Under the pieces are notes generated by a model that was not told the DNA's origin, searched no databases, and saw only the letters and a program-made list of their open reading frames with translations. Source: Octopus bimaculoides (taxonomy: Eukaryota). Taken from it: a DNA stretch of 64,000 nt. Positions 50,486 through 64,000 of the stretch are shown here, piece after piece. The stretch covers positions 2,447,549 through 2,511,548 of the forward strand of contig NC_069007.1 of assembly GCF_001194135.2 (NCBI RefSeq), written 5' to 3'. Every line of letters starts with the position of its first letter. Within the stretch, counting starts at the first letter, position 1. The position numbers and the translations under genes were made by a program.

Positions 50486-50990
50486 NNNNNNNNNNNNNNN
50501 NNNNNNNNNNNNNNNNNNNNNNNNNNNNNNNNNNNNNNNNNNNNNNNNNNNNNNNNNNNNNNNNNNNNNNNNNNNNNNNNNNNNNNNNNNNNNNNNNNNN
50601 NNNNNNNNNNNNNNNNNNNNNNNNNNNNNNNNNNNNNNNNNNNNNNNNNNNNNNNNNNNNNNNNNNNNNNNNNNNNNNNNNNNNNNNNNNNNNNNNNNNN
50701 NNNNNNNNNNNNNNNNNNNNNNNNNNNNNNNNNNNNNNNNNNNNNNNNNNNNNNNNNNNNNNNNNNNNNNNNNNNNNNNNNNNNNNNNNNNNNNNNNNNN
50801 NNNNNNNNNNNNNNNNNNNNNNNNNNNNNNNNNNNNNNNNNNNNNNNNNNNNNNNNNNNNNNNNNNNNNNNNNNNNNNNNNNNNNNNNNNNNNNNNNNNN
50901 NNNNNNNNNNNNNNNNNNNNNNNNNNNNNNNNNNNNNNNNNNNNNNNNNNNNNNNNNNNNNNNNNNNNNNNNNNNNNNNNNNNNNNNNNN

Positions 50991-51038
<48 letters not shown>

Positions 51039-51490
51039 AGTCATTTCGAGGTTATTAGATTCTCATTAGGGATTATATAATCCAAAAAATTCCACTGGTT
51101 AATCACTGTCATAGAAGAAGGTTTCAATGATATGTCGGGGATTATTGTGCCTTTGCGTATGTATATATACGTGTGTTTGCTTATGTATATATAAATATGG
51201 ATAGAGATCCATCCATCCATACATACATACATATAAACATACATAAATACACATATACATTTATATATGCCTACATACATCCCGATAGCTAAAGTAATCT
51301 ATACGCATATCTACACATGAATATGTGAACACATTCGATTTACGTGATTCGAAAGAGACAAGTGGCGGTCAGTGTCGCCACATGATATTACAAAAATAAC
51401 CAAAAGAAAGAAGAGATATTATTGCCATGAGGAGAGATTTTTTCAAAGACTTTATGAAAATCCGTCTTCGGAGTTACAATGACAGGTGAA
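49940..51490 (+). repeat. Local direct duplication of about 350 bp (about 49940-50295 and 51165-51490)
   Basis: Offset 1196 bp; roughly 90% identity; the copies flank a 505-N gap. Confidence 0.9.
50486..50990. other. Assembly gap (505 N)
   Basis: Other gaps: 12052-12259, 14225-14324, 25379-25590, 30053-30062, 33067-33076, 38801-38810, 49727-49736, 51990-51999, 57974-58643. Most are flanked by microsatellites. Confidence 1.
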
Positions 51491-51861
51491 TTAATGTTTG
51501 TTACCGATTTATATAAATTTTAATTCAAGCCGTCACAAATTCAAAGCTAATGTCTAAACGTCTGTTTATGTGAATTCACATACAAAAGTAGTAATAATGG
51601 AAGCATGAAGGTAATAAATTTGTAAAATTTTTGTAAATTTTAAATGTGAAAATCAGATTCTTTGAAATTTTTCATGCAGCTTTTCAACTTTTTTTCAACT
51701 TACTTATGCTTTACATAGCTGTCGACATGGCAGACACGCGTCTAATACCAGTTGCATACTAGGGTCGATCTAAACGACTGGCGCCCCTCCTCCATAATTT
51801 AGGGCCTTGCGCCTAGAGTAGAAGAGGATATATTGCAACTGTAAAATCCCATCGTATATAA

Positions 51862-51896
<35 letters not shown>

Positions 51897-51999
51897 TCTG
51901 TGTGTGTGTGAGTCTGTCTGTGTGTGCTTGTGTATGTAGGAGAGTGTGTGTCTTTGAGCTTATGTTTGTACGTCAACACCGTTTGACAANNNNNNNNNN

Positions 52000-52067
52000 A
52001 TTTCCGAGGACGTAAACACACCAACACCGGTTCTCAAGTGGTGGTGGTGGACGAACACACACACACA

Positions 52068-52119
<52 letters not shown>

Positions 52120-52290
52120 TATGCTTCAGGCTTCTTTCAGTTTCCGTCTACAAAATGCACTGACTAGGTTTTCGTCGGCCCGAGGCCATAATACAAAAGA
52201 CTTACCCAAATTGCCATGCAGTAGGACTGATTTCAGAACCGTGTGACTGAGAAGCAAACTTCTTACCACACAGCCACACCTGTACCTATT
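52000..52290 (-). mobile_element. SINE family C
   Basis: gacgtaaacacaccaacaccggttctcaag...(TA)n...ggcttctttcagtttccgtctac...ttcttaccacacagccacacctgtacc. Confidence 0.85.
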
Positions 52291-52989
52291 TCTTCGACAA
52301 GAATTTTGTCTCTAAACCCGTCGATGCTCCAGAATGACCACAGTCCACTAACTACAACAAGTAAAAGATAAAAGATAATAAATGAGCCAGGAATACATGT
52401 TTGATAAATATTTTATTCCCAGCATATCGCGAACCACTGCTGCAGTTTGTAATTTAAAGGGAAATTTAGTTGTTAATAGTAACCAGTCAAGCGAGTTCAT
52501 TAAGGCTCACTATCCCATTAACTCACCATGGATATTGTTACTTTCATATATCGTTTATATATTGTCTATTTCTCTCGTTTTATAATGTCTGCATTTCAAG
52601 AACTCTGTGTTTCCCCACAAGTTATCACGCAAATTCCATTTCTAATTAATCTAATGTAAATTTCATTAGTTCCAGCAATTTATTTGATGGTTTCAGAAAT
52701 TACTATTTAATATAGAAATGTGGACCGTTTGACAATATTTTATTGATAGCTAAGCGGTTTAGCGCTGTAAAAGTTTCAAGGTTGCATGCGAAATTATATT
52801 CAATACATAACATTATGCGTTTCTTGATACAAGCTAACTGCTATGCAGTTGGATTTGAAGTGAAATAGATGATGAATATTTGAACACCTTTAACACATGG
52901 AATTAATTGCAGAGAGCAATGATAATAAATACATCAATACAGAAAAGTATTGTTAACATGACAAAAGTCCTCAACTGTGTTTCGTATTT

Positions 52990-53110
52990 GGCATAGGCGG
53001 AGGCATGGTTGTGGGGGTTAACGAGTTCGGTTTGTATCCACGTGGCTTTGGGTTCAGTTTCATTGTGTGGCACTTTAGAAGAATTTCTTCTACTATAACA
53101 CCGTGTTGAC
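52990..53110 (+). mobile_element. SINE family C, diverged 5' part
   Basis: ggcggaggcatggttgtg...ccacgtggctttgggttcagtttcattgtgtggcacttt...ttcttctactata. Confidence 0.65.
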
Positions 53111-54477
53111 CAATATGTTTTGAGTGAATTTCGTAGAGGAAAATTGTGTGGACACATGTCATTATAAATTTTAAAAAAACACACACACATATATACAAAT
53201 AATATATGCGTATGTAAGCACGCACGCACATACGTATCTAATTAATTTTCGAACGTAGAACCTCGAAACTGATTAACACAATTGTTCAATATTTACATAC
53301 TTCCATTCATAGATTTATACATATTTCGAGTAAACCCGTTCCAAGGAAAAAGAAAAATGTTTCGTCTACTCGAAAGTTTTCTAAATTCTTTTGACTCCAA
53401 TATGTGTGCCTGTGTGTGAATTTGACTCGAATCGAAATTTCTGACACCACTGTGCACCACTTCCTCACATGACACGAAATATATATAGGGTGCTTTCACA
53501 CATATATATATAGGGTGCTTTCACACATTTTACCAGAAGAGAGATATTTTCTTTGCGATAACCGCAGTGAATTTGCCTTTTAATTGTTGAAATACGTCAC
53601 AAACATTTTAACTAACCTAAACTTTGCTTATGCCAAAACACTGCTACGCGCAAACCAGTGGCCGAAACACGCAAAAGATAAAACATACACCGATTTTAAA
53701 TGTTTAGCAAAGAAGGTTTCGCATGAAATTCCTTCTTTATCGTCAATAATATACTCTGTACTCCTGTTTGGCCTCATTCCTATGATTGAAACAAGTAAAC
53801 GGAAAAGAGATATGATATTGTTTTGAATATAAATACAAAGAAATGGCAGTGATGAGAGTGCATGGAACAAATATATTTGCATTCCAAACGAAAGTAAAAT
53901 CGCTTCTCAGATAAATTCGCATTGAATTCCTTCGTCACGTTTGATGATCATCCGATCACAGCTGTACCATTCCGACGTAACTTTTTTAAGGGGTAGGGAC
54001 TAATGAATTTGCTTGCCTTTGAAATAAATTAAACTAAATTCTTTTAATTTTCCTGATGTTATATGAAGATGGATTTGCTCATCGTTATTTTGCTAGTCGT
54101 GAAGCAGAATTGAAATTAATTTTCAAAATATTCCTGACAGACAAATGATAAACGGATTAAAAGCATTAATATTGTCGCTTCCGTGTGTTTTGTTTCAAAG
54201 ATGAAATTCTACTCGATCGATTTTTAATTTCCCATTCCCTGTGTTTTATAAACATTTTGACAGAAATGGTGTATAATCATGTTAATACATTGGATGGAAC
54301 TTTAACTCAGGAAACATTTCCGATAACGGTGAAGAATTATTATTATGATTAATATAATAATTAGAGCAGGGGATTGCCAGAACCAATAGAGTGCCTGACA
54401 AAAATTCCTTGTGCTATATCTTTTGCAAAGGCAAGTTCTATATTCAAATCCTGCTGGAGAGAAATTTACCTTTGTAT

Positions 54478-54516
<39 letters not shown>

Positions 54517-55902
54517 AGTAAAAATAAATACAAAAAAGGTGGGTTTTTTTGTATGATTGTGTATAGAGGAATATATTATTTTGCTTAAAAGAGTTCCAAC
54601 ACTGTCTGTTTTTTATGTTTTATTTATATTCCTGCAGAACTAATGTGGGGTATAGAATATGGAATATACAATATATAATATGATATACAATATACAATAT
54701 AAAATAAAATAAAATAAAAATGGATGGCACCATGAAAGAAAGTATTGAATATAGATGAAATATTGAGTGTTCAATATAAAGGATCAAATATATAAATATA
54801 TAAATATAAATATATATATATAAAGGCGACTCGAGTTTCAGGGCTATTTCCCTTCGTCATGGCCGGTATGGCAGACTTTAACAGACTATATATATATATA
54901 TATATAGTTGATGAAGCCGAGAATCACTCAACTAAGGTCACCAAAGGAAACATTTTATGAACACACGATTCCAATTTATTAATACACATAATCCTAGGGT
55001 AGCCAACATCTTTCACGCCATAAGATCAAGGCTACCAATACTTCTATAAAGCTCCAAAGTAAAAAAGAAAAAAACTGCTTACGAAACAGTAGACCCCAAC
55101 CAAAAATTGCCCAAAACATCTCACAAGAGAATGAATCAGAATTCTCTGTAAAAGAATGTGGAGAAAGCAGATGTGAATCTAGCTACAACACGATAAAGCG
55201 GTGGCATGTTGTCAACTTAATGTGACAGTCCCATGAAAAGGAATAATACTACTGCTTTTTAGCCCTAAGAAGGACAGCTTCGTGTCGGCCTTGACACATT
55301 TCCTGTGTCCTTATGTTTAATCCTTTTCCGTTTAGTACACCCCGTCCTTCTAAAAACAGAATATGAAGTAAAAAACGAATATATAGTCCGTGTGTCTATT
55401 TGGCAAAATGAAAAGCATTGACCATCACGAAATATATCAAAATTCTAAGAATTTCTTTTATACAATACCTAATGATATTTGATTATAGATATACCATAAA
55501 ATGTTTAAAAATCGAAAGGATTTGTGGGCCCATCCGAGCTAAATATAAATTAAATGGGGTCCTTAATTCAAGGGACTGAGTATACACACATATAGAGATG
55601 GAACTAAATAATGGCGAGCATCGATTCTTTCCCTTGTGATATTTCTGTCGCGATAACAGCGACAACATGAACAGCACCAAGAATATCCATTTTAGCATTC
55701 GTTAAATGTTAGCCCATGTGATCTTTCGTTTACATATTAATGTTGCATTTAATAAGAATGATAATTATATATCAACCTGATTATTTTAATTTGTGTACGA
55801 TTAGTTCAATCTTAATTACAAGTAATTTTGTTTACTACAGATAAACATACCCACATACATACATGCGAAAATAAATTTGCATGTGCACATTAAATGTACA
55901 TG

Positions 55903-55934
<32 letters not shown>

Positions 55935-57044
55935 CATATATATATGTATATATATACATATCCACACACATGAATATATGCATTATACATATATACGTCC
56001 GTGTGTCTATATGTGTATGCATATTTTATGCATATTAGTGTGTGTGTAATTTACTTCATATATACACACACACGAACACGTACACGAAGGCACGGTTTAC
56101 ATGTATTTACATTATAAATGATATATGTGTGTGTGTACATATATATATATACATACACGCACACACACACGCACGTGTATACATATAAATAAATACTTGC
56201 TCACATATATACATATACACAAACATTCATGCATATACATACCAACACACATAAACACACATATATATGTGTGTGTGTGTGTGTGTATATCTTACGTATA
56301 TATGATAAATATGTGTGTGAATGTGCGTGTGTGTGTGTGCGTCAAGGTTGTGTATCTATCTTCGTGATTCTACATGTGTATATTTATCACATTTTCCCTC
56401 AGATCATGTTTTTCCAAGAGTCACAACCGTTTTTCTCGGTTTCAAACATATCACAAAATAATAATAAAGAAAAATTGAAAAATAAATGAGAGCAAATTAT
56501 TCGTTAATTGCTTAGTGGTAAACCTGATTGTTTGTCACGCAAAATTTTCATTTATATTTGTCATAATAATTGTCCTTTCGAATTATCGATGTCAATAGAA
56601 TTTGCAATTCGTAAGAATTGCAATGGATATATCTCATTCCAAATTATATCTTTAATATTTCACAAAAATGAAGAGCATCATCTTATTAATTACACATATC
56701 TATTTAAGATGTAGCGGAGGAGTTGCTCTTGGCTTAGATTTTATCTTATTTCATAAAAGCAGACGAAGATTTCGCATACATTATGCCAGATGTCCACTTT
56801 ACTAGTATGTATGCGTGGGCATATACATATACATGTATATATATATAGGTATATACTATATGTATACTATATACATATACTATATACATATACTATATAC
56901 ATGTATATATGTATATACTATATACATGTATATATGTATATACTATATATATATACTATATACATATACTATATATATACTATATAAATATACTATATAT
57001 ATGTATATTATATATATATATAAATAAATATAATGTATATGTAC

Positions 57045-57078
<34 letters not shown>

Positions 57079-57215
57079 ATGTGTGTTTGTATAATATATG
57101 TGTGTATATATATACACATACGCTGTTTGTAAATGGACTCTTACCACAGTTCGATCCTGGGGTCAGATCGATTCGTTTGTTTATATCTTACTAAAGCAAT
57201 TTTATCCTACTCGTC

Positions 57216-57270
<55 letters not shown>

Positions 57271-58643
57271 AAGAGATAGACAGACAGAGATATATATAGA
57301 TACATACATACATACATACATAGAGAGAGTGTGACAGACAGACAGAAAGATAGAGGGACAAACAAACAGACAGACAGAGACAGGGAGACACAGAGAGACA
57401 GACCAACAGAGATCAGACGATGATGAAGAAAAACAAGAAATCTGAGCGTCTCAAAACGTAGCTGGAAAAACCATTTAAAGAGTATTTACTCGCGTAAACA
57501 AGGCTCAAACTTGAGATCCTCCCAATGCTGATTTTTTTTTTTTCATCCATTAGCCCTTTTCTGTGGGAAATCTAATAACATAGCAGTCATTTATTGGTGT
57601 CGGTAACATCAACTAACAATGTCTCTCTTGCAACTAATCTTATCCTACCAACCAAATATGGCGTCGTCTTGCGCCTGTGTTAGACTTCATTATAACACTT
57701 CTAGTAATGATAGACACTCTGATGTAATTGATGGTGGAGGTTTTTTTAAATTGCTTTCAACATTTCTTTATTGGAATTTCGTTTGGTCTACGTCATGTTT
57801 TTTCGCTTTGTATTTCTTTTCTTCTACTTAATTTTTTTTTTATAATTTTTTGTGATATATGTTTGTTATTTTTTTTCTATCGTGGTTGTCTGTGTTATTC
57901 GTTCGTTGCTGGAGAGGCAGTCTACCATTTATTTAAGACTTTCACGCTTAATGTAACATATAATTTGTTGATANNNNNNNNNNNNNNNNNNNNNNNNNNN
58001 NNNNNNNNNNNNNNNNNNNNNNNNNNNNNNNNNNNNNNNNNNNNNNNNNNNNNNNNNNNNNNNNNNNNNNNNNNNNNNNNNNNNNNNNNNNNNNNNNNNN
58101 NNNNNNNNNNNNNNNNNNNNNNNNNNNNNNNNNNNNNNNNNNNNNNNNNNNNNNNNNNNNNNNNNNNNNNNNNNNNNNNNNNNNNNNNNNNNNNNNNNNN
58201 NNNNNNNNNNNNNNNNNNNNNNNNNNNNNNNNNNNNNNNNNNNNNNNNNNNNNNNNNNNNNNNNNNNNNNNNNNNNNNNNNNNNNNNNNNNNNNNNNNNN
58301 NNNNNNNNNNNNNNNNNNNNNNNNNNNNNNNNNNNNNNNNNNNNNNNNNNNNNNNNNNNNNNNNNNNNNNNNNNNNNNNNNNNNNNNNNNNNNNNNNNNN
58401 NNNNNNNNNNNNNNNNNNNNNNNNNNNNNNNNNNNNNNNNNNNNNNNNNNNNNNNNNNNNNNNNNNNNNNNNNNNNNNNNNNNNNNNNNNNNNNNNNNNN
58501 NNNNNNNNNNNNNNNNNNNNNNNNNNNNNNNNNNNNNNNNNNNNNNNNNNNNNNNNNNNNNNNNNNNNNNNNNNNNNNNNNNNNNNNNNNNNNNNNNNNN
58601 NNNNNNNNNNNNNNNNNNNNNNNNNNNNNNNNNNNNNNNNNNN

Positions 58644-58694
<51 letters not shown>

Positions 58695-59499
58695 ACACCT
58701 CCACATTCACATCTACATCCACACGCATAATCTAATAGAATTTAGTAGAGGTTGTAAATAGTGTTAATAAAGTCTCTACTACATCTCTAGTTAGTCAGGA
58801 TGTTTGATGCTATAAAGCGTCTATAAATAACATATTTTCTTCTGTCACTTATTTTACTTTTTATTGTTTGTTAATAGTTTTAATGTCTGAAACTACAAAA
58901 ATACCAAACTAAGATTTATCTTATTTTTAATTAAATTCCCCAAGAGTTGTCGGTGCTGTGTTGTGTTTTTTTCTTTTTCTCGCTGTGTTGTTGTTGTTTT
59001 ACTTGATGTTGTGGAGGCCCTGGACGTCTTTGATCGAACAGACGTGTTTAACCAACGTGTTCCCGGTATGACCACTACACATTTTATTTTCCATGGAACC
59101 CTGTAAATGCCATTCTTCTAACTTTTATCATTTATACTTTGGTCTTTGTTTCTTGCTGTTTTCAGTTTTGATAGAGCAAATCATTTACGACAACTTTGTT
59201 TTCATTTTTGTGTAGGAAAGAAAAGGCTTTCATTACACCTTGAGTATTTTTTCTAAAAATCGAAGGTAAGATTTGAGGGTGACATGACTGTTATTTTTAG
59301 CAGGTCTAGCTGGGAATCTAATAGACGATTGCTGTTGTTGATGTTGTTAGTGATGGTGGTGTTGGTGAAAATGGCTGTGGTCGCTGCGGTATTTCATATT
59401 CATGCTTAACTACAAGAATCTCTTTAAATATTTATTTCAAATTCTGCCACAAGTCCAGCTATTTCGGAGAGAGTACATTATAGGTGTGCATGCGCGTGT

Positions 59500-60060
59500 G
59501 TATGAATATAACGATGATGATGTAACGATGGCCAACATTTTAGATATTAAACTTAACTTACACAATAACTCGTACTTTCCATACCACAAACCATCGACCA
59601 ATCTTAAGTATATTAGCCAATTCAGTAATCATTCTAGCGCAATTTCTAGGAACTTGGTTAAGAATATTTCATTCAGATTGTCTAAGTTATCTGCTAATGT
59701 TGACATTTTTAGAGATAAGGCCGAATTTTATAGCTCTGTCTTACTTAAAACAGGTTATACAGAGAAAGATACTTACTTAATTCCATTCATTAACGATATC
59801 AATTTAAATGTATACGCCAACACCAAACGGAGGAAGGGAGATAACTCTTATTTAAACCCATTTTTCATTCTAAAGGTAAATCTATGTCTTTCAAAGATAG
59901 TTACACTAAAAATAAGGTAACTAATAGTAAAACCATTTGGTTAATTATTTCTTATAGGAGGTAAATTAAATCGAATCTTCCTTTGCAGTTTCCTGAAGCT
60001 ATTATTAGGAATTTTCCAAAGAATTCTAAGTATTACTCTCTTATCGATTCACACACGGTT
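59500..60060 (+). pseudogene. Penelope-like element reverse-transcriptase thumb/linker fragment
   Basis: ORF 59402-59920: ILDIKLNLHNNSYFPYHKPSTNLKYISQFSNHSSAISRNLVKNISFRLSKLSANVDIFRDKAEFYSSVLLKTGY...RRKGDNSYLNPFF. This matches PLE FLD..LDL....Y.PY.KP.....Y....SNHP..I...IP..I..RLS..S....F....Y...L..SGY...WFNPPF. Confidence 0.88.
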
Positions 60061-60664
60061 AGGATTGGTTTTGCCATTTATCAATGCAGAGCAGCCGAAC
60101 CCAGCAGGCGTCACTACTGACCGTCTGTACGAAGGATTATTTACCTAAATTCAGTGGAATACATCCACTGATTTTCATATAAATATATGTGTGTGTGTGT
60201 GTGTGTTTGTGTGTATATATGAATATAATTGAGGCAGTGAAAAAATCTAGCTTATATGTTGAAAAGAGACGCTAAATCGTCCAACCACTTTGAATCATCT
60301 CAAAGTTACACACGTGTTGAAATCGAGGGACTAAGCTAACGGACATTCATAAAAATATAGTTAGCTCCGGGTTGATCAATTTCTGGATTAGTCTAATGTC
60401 TTTTCGTCGTTAGCAGAGTATACTTGGGGAAATAAATGAGATATTTATACATACCCGGAGGAAAGCCATATAAGCACCACAAATACAATCAGACCGGTTG
60501 CACACGTGCTGAGGTAGGTTACGAAATTCGATATGGATGTATTTATGGTATTTGTATTTAACCATGGCTTTCCTGCGGGTCCAGGAATTGAAACCATGAT
60601 CTCGTGATCGTGCAAGCAACATTCTAACCACTAGACCATATATATTTTTTTTTTTGACGGACTT

Positions 60665-60815
60665 TTTCTGTTTCCATTTACCCAACCTAGCCACATAGCT
60701 TTGCACAGCCCGAGTCTATCGACGAAGACATTTGCTCAACGTGTCACACTATAGGACTGAACGCACAACCATGTGGTTGGGAAGCAAACTTCATACCATG
60801 CTACCACGCATGCAC
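60665..60815 (-). mobile_element. SINE family C, diverged 5' part
   Basis: cccgagtctatcgacgaagacatttgctcaacgtgtcacactataggactgaacgcacaaccatgtggttgggaagc. Confidence 0.7.
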
Positions 60816-60960
60816 CAGTATATTTGATTTTGTCAGTGAACAGGTCGCGGTCTCAAAACGACGAAAATATTTTGACAAATTAAATTTAAATGTTGAAGTG
60901 AATCTAACGGTCTTTGTGTGTTATTTTAAATGGCTTATAAACACCTTCCAAGCTGCAATT

Positions 60961-61009
<49 letters not shown>

Positions 61010-62224
61010 GTATATATGTAAGAGTGTGTGTGTGTATTTGTATTTCTGCTTTGTTTGTTTGTGTAATTTGTAAATTTTGCACACAGAGACATGAAGTGTA
61101 CTGTGTCGTGGCGCAGTGTGGTGCTAGGTGGTTTTCATTGGTTGTGACGTGGAACATGAACTGTGACAGCAGAGTCCTTTCATCTCATCTATTATTGCTA
61201 CGTGATTTTCTGTTTAATTTCCTGCATTTCTTTTTAATTCTTACTTTTTAATTTCTATTTCTTTTTTGCAATTTTTATTTCATATTTTTTTCATCGAATT
61301 TCCTCTTCGATTCAAATATTTCGTCCTATTAATTCAATCGAATATCTTCATATTTACTCCCAATTTTAGGGTTTTTCCTTTTATCTGTTTGCTTGTTTTT
61401 GATTATATTTTATCCTTCTATTTCTTTTTGTATTTTTTACATGTTTCCTTTTTCTCTCCTTGGATTTGTTGTTTGTTTTTATTCTTTCGTTTGTTTAACT
61501 TTATATATTTTTGTGGGCTGGAGATATTAGAATGTTTATTTTTATAGCAATATATTTATGATATATATATATATATATATTAATGAAAAAACAACGATTA
61601 TTTAGGTCAAACTCAACACCACCATCATCATAATCATCACAATTATTCCTATCATCATCGTTGACATCATTGTTGTTGTTGTTGTTGGTATCAGTTACAG
61701 AGAAGCAATTTACAATTTACTCTAAACTACTTGCTTAATACGACGAGACACACTGCCACACACACCCACACAAAGCACACATGAATACACAGATACACAT
61801 TACATATCAATGTATATCATGTGTGTTGCTATGTATGCATATCTAAATGTGTGTATAGATGTGTGAGTGTGTAGGCCTTTATATAGGTATGCATATTTTT
61901 CAGAATGTGAATATGTTAATCACCAGCGGAACAGACAACTTTCAAAATGTCAGGCAATGGGTAAATGCCAACCTCAGAATAAATAATTCCTCTTATTTAT
62001 CGTTTTTAATATAGTCCACATGGTCACATCTATTGAGGTCAACAGTGCAATAGCTGGCATCGGCCCCAATATTTCACAGCTACTTTATTTTATCGCACCC
62101 CAGATAGTTGACAAGTAAACTTCAGCTCCAGCTCCGAGTGATTTTTCATCTGTGCATAGAGACCTGGGGATTATCCGACTTACTAACGATCTACACAATT
62201 CCATGTTCTTTGGTTTTGGTTTCA

Positions 62225-62420
62225 AATGTTGGATCATGGCTAGAAATCTCATTGAAAGAGATTAATTGATTACATCGACCCTAGTTCTCACCTGGTATTT
62301 ATTTTATCGACTTTGAGACGATAAAACGGCGAAGTCGATATCAGCGAAATTTGAACGTAATTCAGTTACGCATTTTTGCCCGGCGTGCTAACGGTTCTGC
62401 CAGCACGCCGCTTCGCCGGA
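62225..62420 (-). mobile_element. SINE family B
   Basis: Reverse complement head ggcgaagcggcgtgctggcagaaccgttagcacgccgggc. It accounts for the N-terminus of ORF 62351-62737. Confidence 0.85.
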
Positions 62421-62942
62421 CGTTGTCGTTAATAGCAGAAATACTGAAGAAGATTAAACTAATCCAGTTATTTGTTACACATGCTGGCTTCTATAGACCG
62501 TCAATCTGTGCGCCAGAAAACCGGAAGCCAACAAGAGGCGACAAACTGACTGGAGATGTATTCACGCCACCAACGATGTCAGAGAAAACTCTATGGGTAA
62601 TCTTCATGGGTTTAGACAGGAAATTACTCATATCCGTTTGTTGTAAGATGCACCAACAACTATTAAATTCTATTTCCCCTGTACACGAAGGACATTGCAT
62701 TGTTGTGATTTTAACGGTGTATATAGTGTTCGTGTAAACGCTTGCAAACACTTTGCTATGATTACCTCCCTTTCCCCCCTCTCTCTCTTTTCTTACTTTC
62801 TATTCTATTCAAATATCTTTGATCTTTCATTTGGTTCATACATTTCACTGCGGCCATGCTGGAGCACAGTCTCCCATAGTAATTTTTTTTTTCATTTTCA
62901 ACTTAATTTGCCGAACTGCTACGTTAAACGAACCCAAACGAG

Positions 62943-63102
62943 TTTTTTTTACTACTATCAGACCAATTCATAATGTAGTAGGGGAAATTTAATATTAAGA
63001 ATCTAGGTCTTTCTGATTAAGGAAAAAGTCCTGTTGACCTACATGCTTAATGTTAAATTTCCCCTCCTACATTATGAATTGGTCTGATAGTAGTAAAAAA
63101 AA
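62943..63102. repeat. Fold-back inverted repeat: 67-bp arms, 26-nt loop
   Basis: 62943-63009 versus reverse complement of 63036-63102: 4 mismatches. Confidence 0.95.
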
Positions 63103-63327
63103 AACCCAATCTAAAATTGTGTTGCCACTAAGACCAAAGAAGTCTTTATAACAATATCCATGTATAATGTTTACCCCTTTCCTTATAAGAGAAAGGCTGG
63201 TTGCCCCCTTAAGCATCACTAGATAAATAAATCACTAGATAAATCACTAGATAAAAAACAAATAAAATCAGGGACAGTTAAAATTCTCCCTAGAATTAAT
63301 TAATTTTATATATATATGTAACCGCCA

Positions 63328-63555
63328 ACAGTGTGGTGAACTGACAGAACAGAATATTTAGGATGTCCAACAAAGTACCCACCGGCATTTCGTCTTTTCA
63401 TTCTGAAGTCAAATTCCACTGAGTTCGACTTTGTCGTTCATTCTCACGGGGTCAATAAAATGAGAAGCAGTTGAGTACTAGAGTCGATAAAATGGACTTA
63501 ACCCATTCTGCCTCCCCCAAAAATTGCTGGCCTTGGGCCAACATTTCACATCAAT
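63328..63555 (+). mobile_element. SINE family B, diverged
   Basis: gtggtgaactgacagaa...ttctgaagtcaaattccactgagttcgactttg...cctcccccaaaaattgctggccttg. Confidence 0.75.
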
Positions 63556-63963
63556 ATTTCATCGACTGAGATAAATGAAAAATAAAGGTTCTTTGTAATT
63601 TTAAAAGGGACTGCAGCACATCTGAAGATTATAATTTGCTATGGATTCTAAGTACGGTAACATGTAACGCATGAGTTGCACACAAATGCATAGTGTAGTA
63701 AAAGAAGGGCTGAGAAACATAGAGTGTTTGTGTGAGTGCGTTAGACTTTGCATCAGCTTCGGTTTGTATATGTGTATATATGTTTATATTTCAGTGCATC
63801 CATGCAAATACATATTCATATGTCTGTGTATATAGGTATATATGTGTGTGTATGTATGGGCGTGTGCGTATTTGTATGGATGTATGTATAGATATGTCTA
63901 TCACTCTGCCTCTCACTGTTTCTCTTGCTATCGCTTCATTCCTCACTCTCTCTCTCTCTCTCA

Positions 63964-64000
<37 letters not shown>

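Noticed and set aside
53477-53527. Short tandem duplications (atatagggtgctttcacac x2; also 7225-7270, 47290-47340, 63215-63252)
   Set aside because: Ordinary slippage products with no further structure.

Overview
AT-rich eukaryotic genomic DNA from a short-read scaffold with 10 N-gaps. It is dense in (TA)n, (CA)n, (GA)n and trinucleotide microsatellites. The dispersed repeats look like octopus (coleoid cephalopod) DNA; this is inferred from three recurrent tRNA-derived SINE families recalled as resembling the octopus OK/OR1/OR2 SINEs, not from a database search. No complete protein-coding gene, rRNA, bona fide tRNA or CRISPR array can be supported, and almost all ORF-track entries are microsatellite or low-complexity artefacts. 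Recognisable coding relics are all mobile elements: a pogo/Tigger DDE transposase, an RTE LINE, an R4/Dong-like LINE and two Penelope-like fragments. There are also mariner- and hAT-type MITEs and a Helentron-type (HINE) end. The best leads are: a minimal hammerhead-ribozyme-like motif (48545-48581) with a weaker second one (22952-23018), two arrays of a 96-bp tRNA-head-like unit near CTCF-like motifs, two long near-perfect fold-back hairpins, an inverted pair of young SINEs, a purine-skewed block with unexplained ORFs (4.55-6.36 kb), and several isolated splice-flanked candidate exons. Coordinates of diverged repeats are approximate (about +/-10-20 bp).
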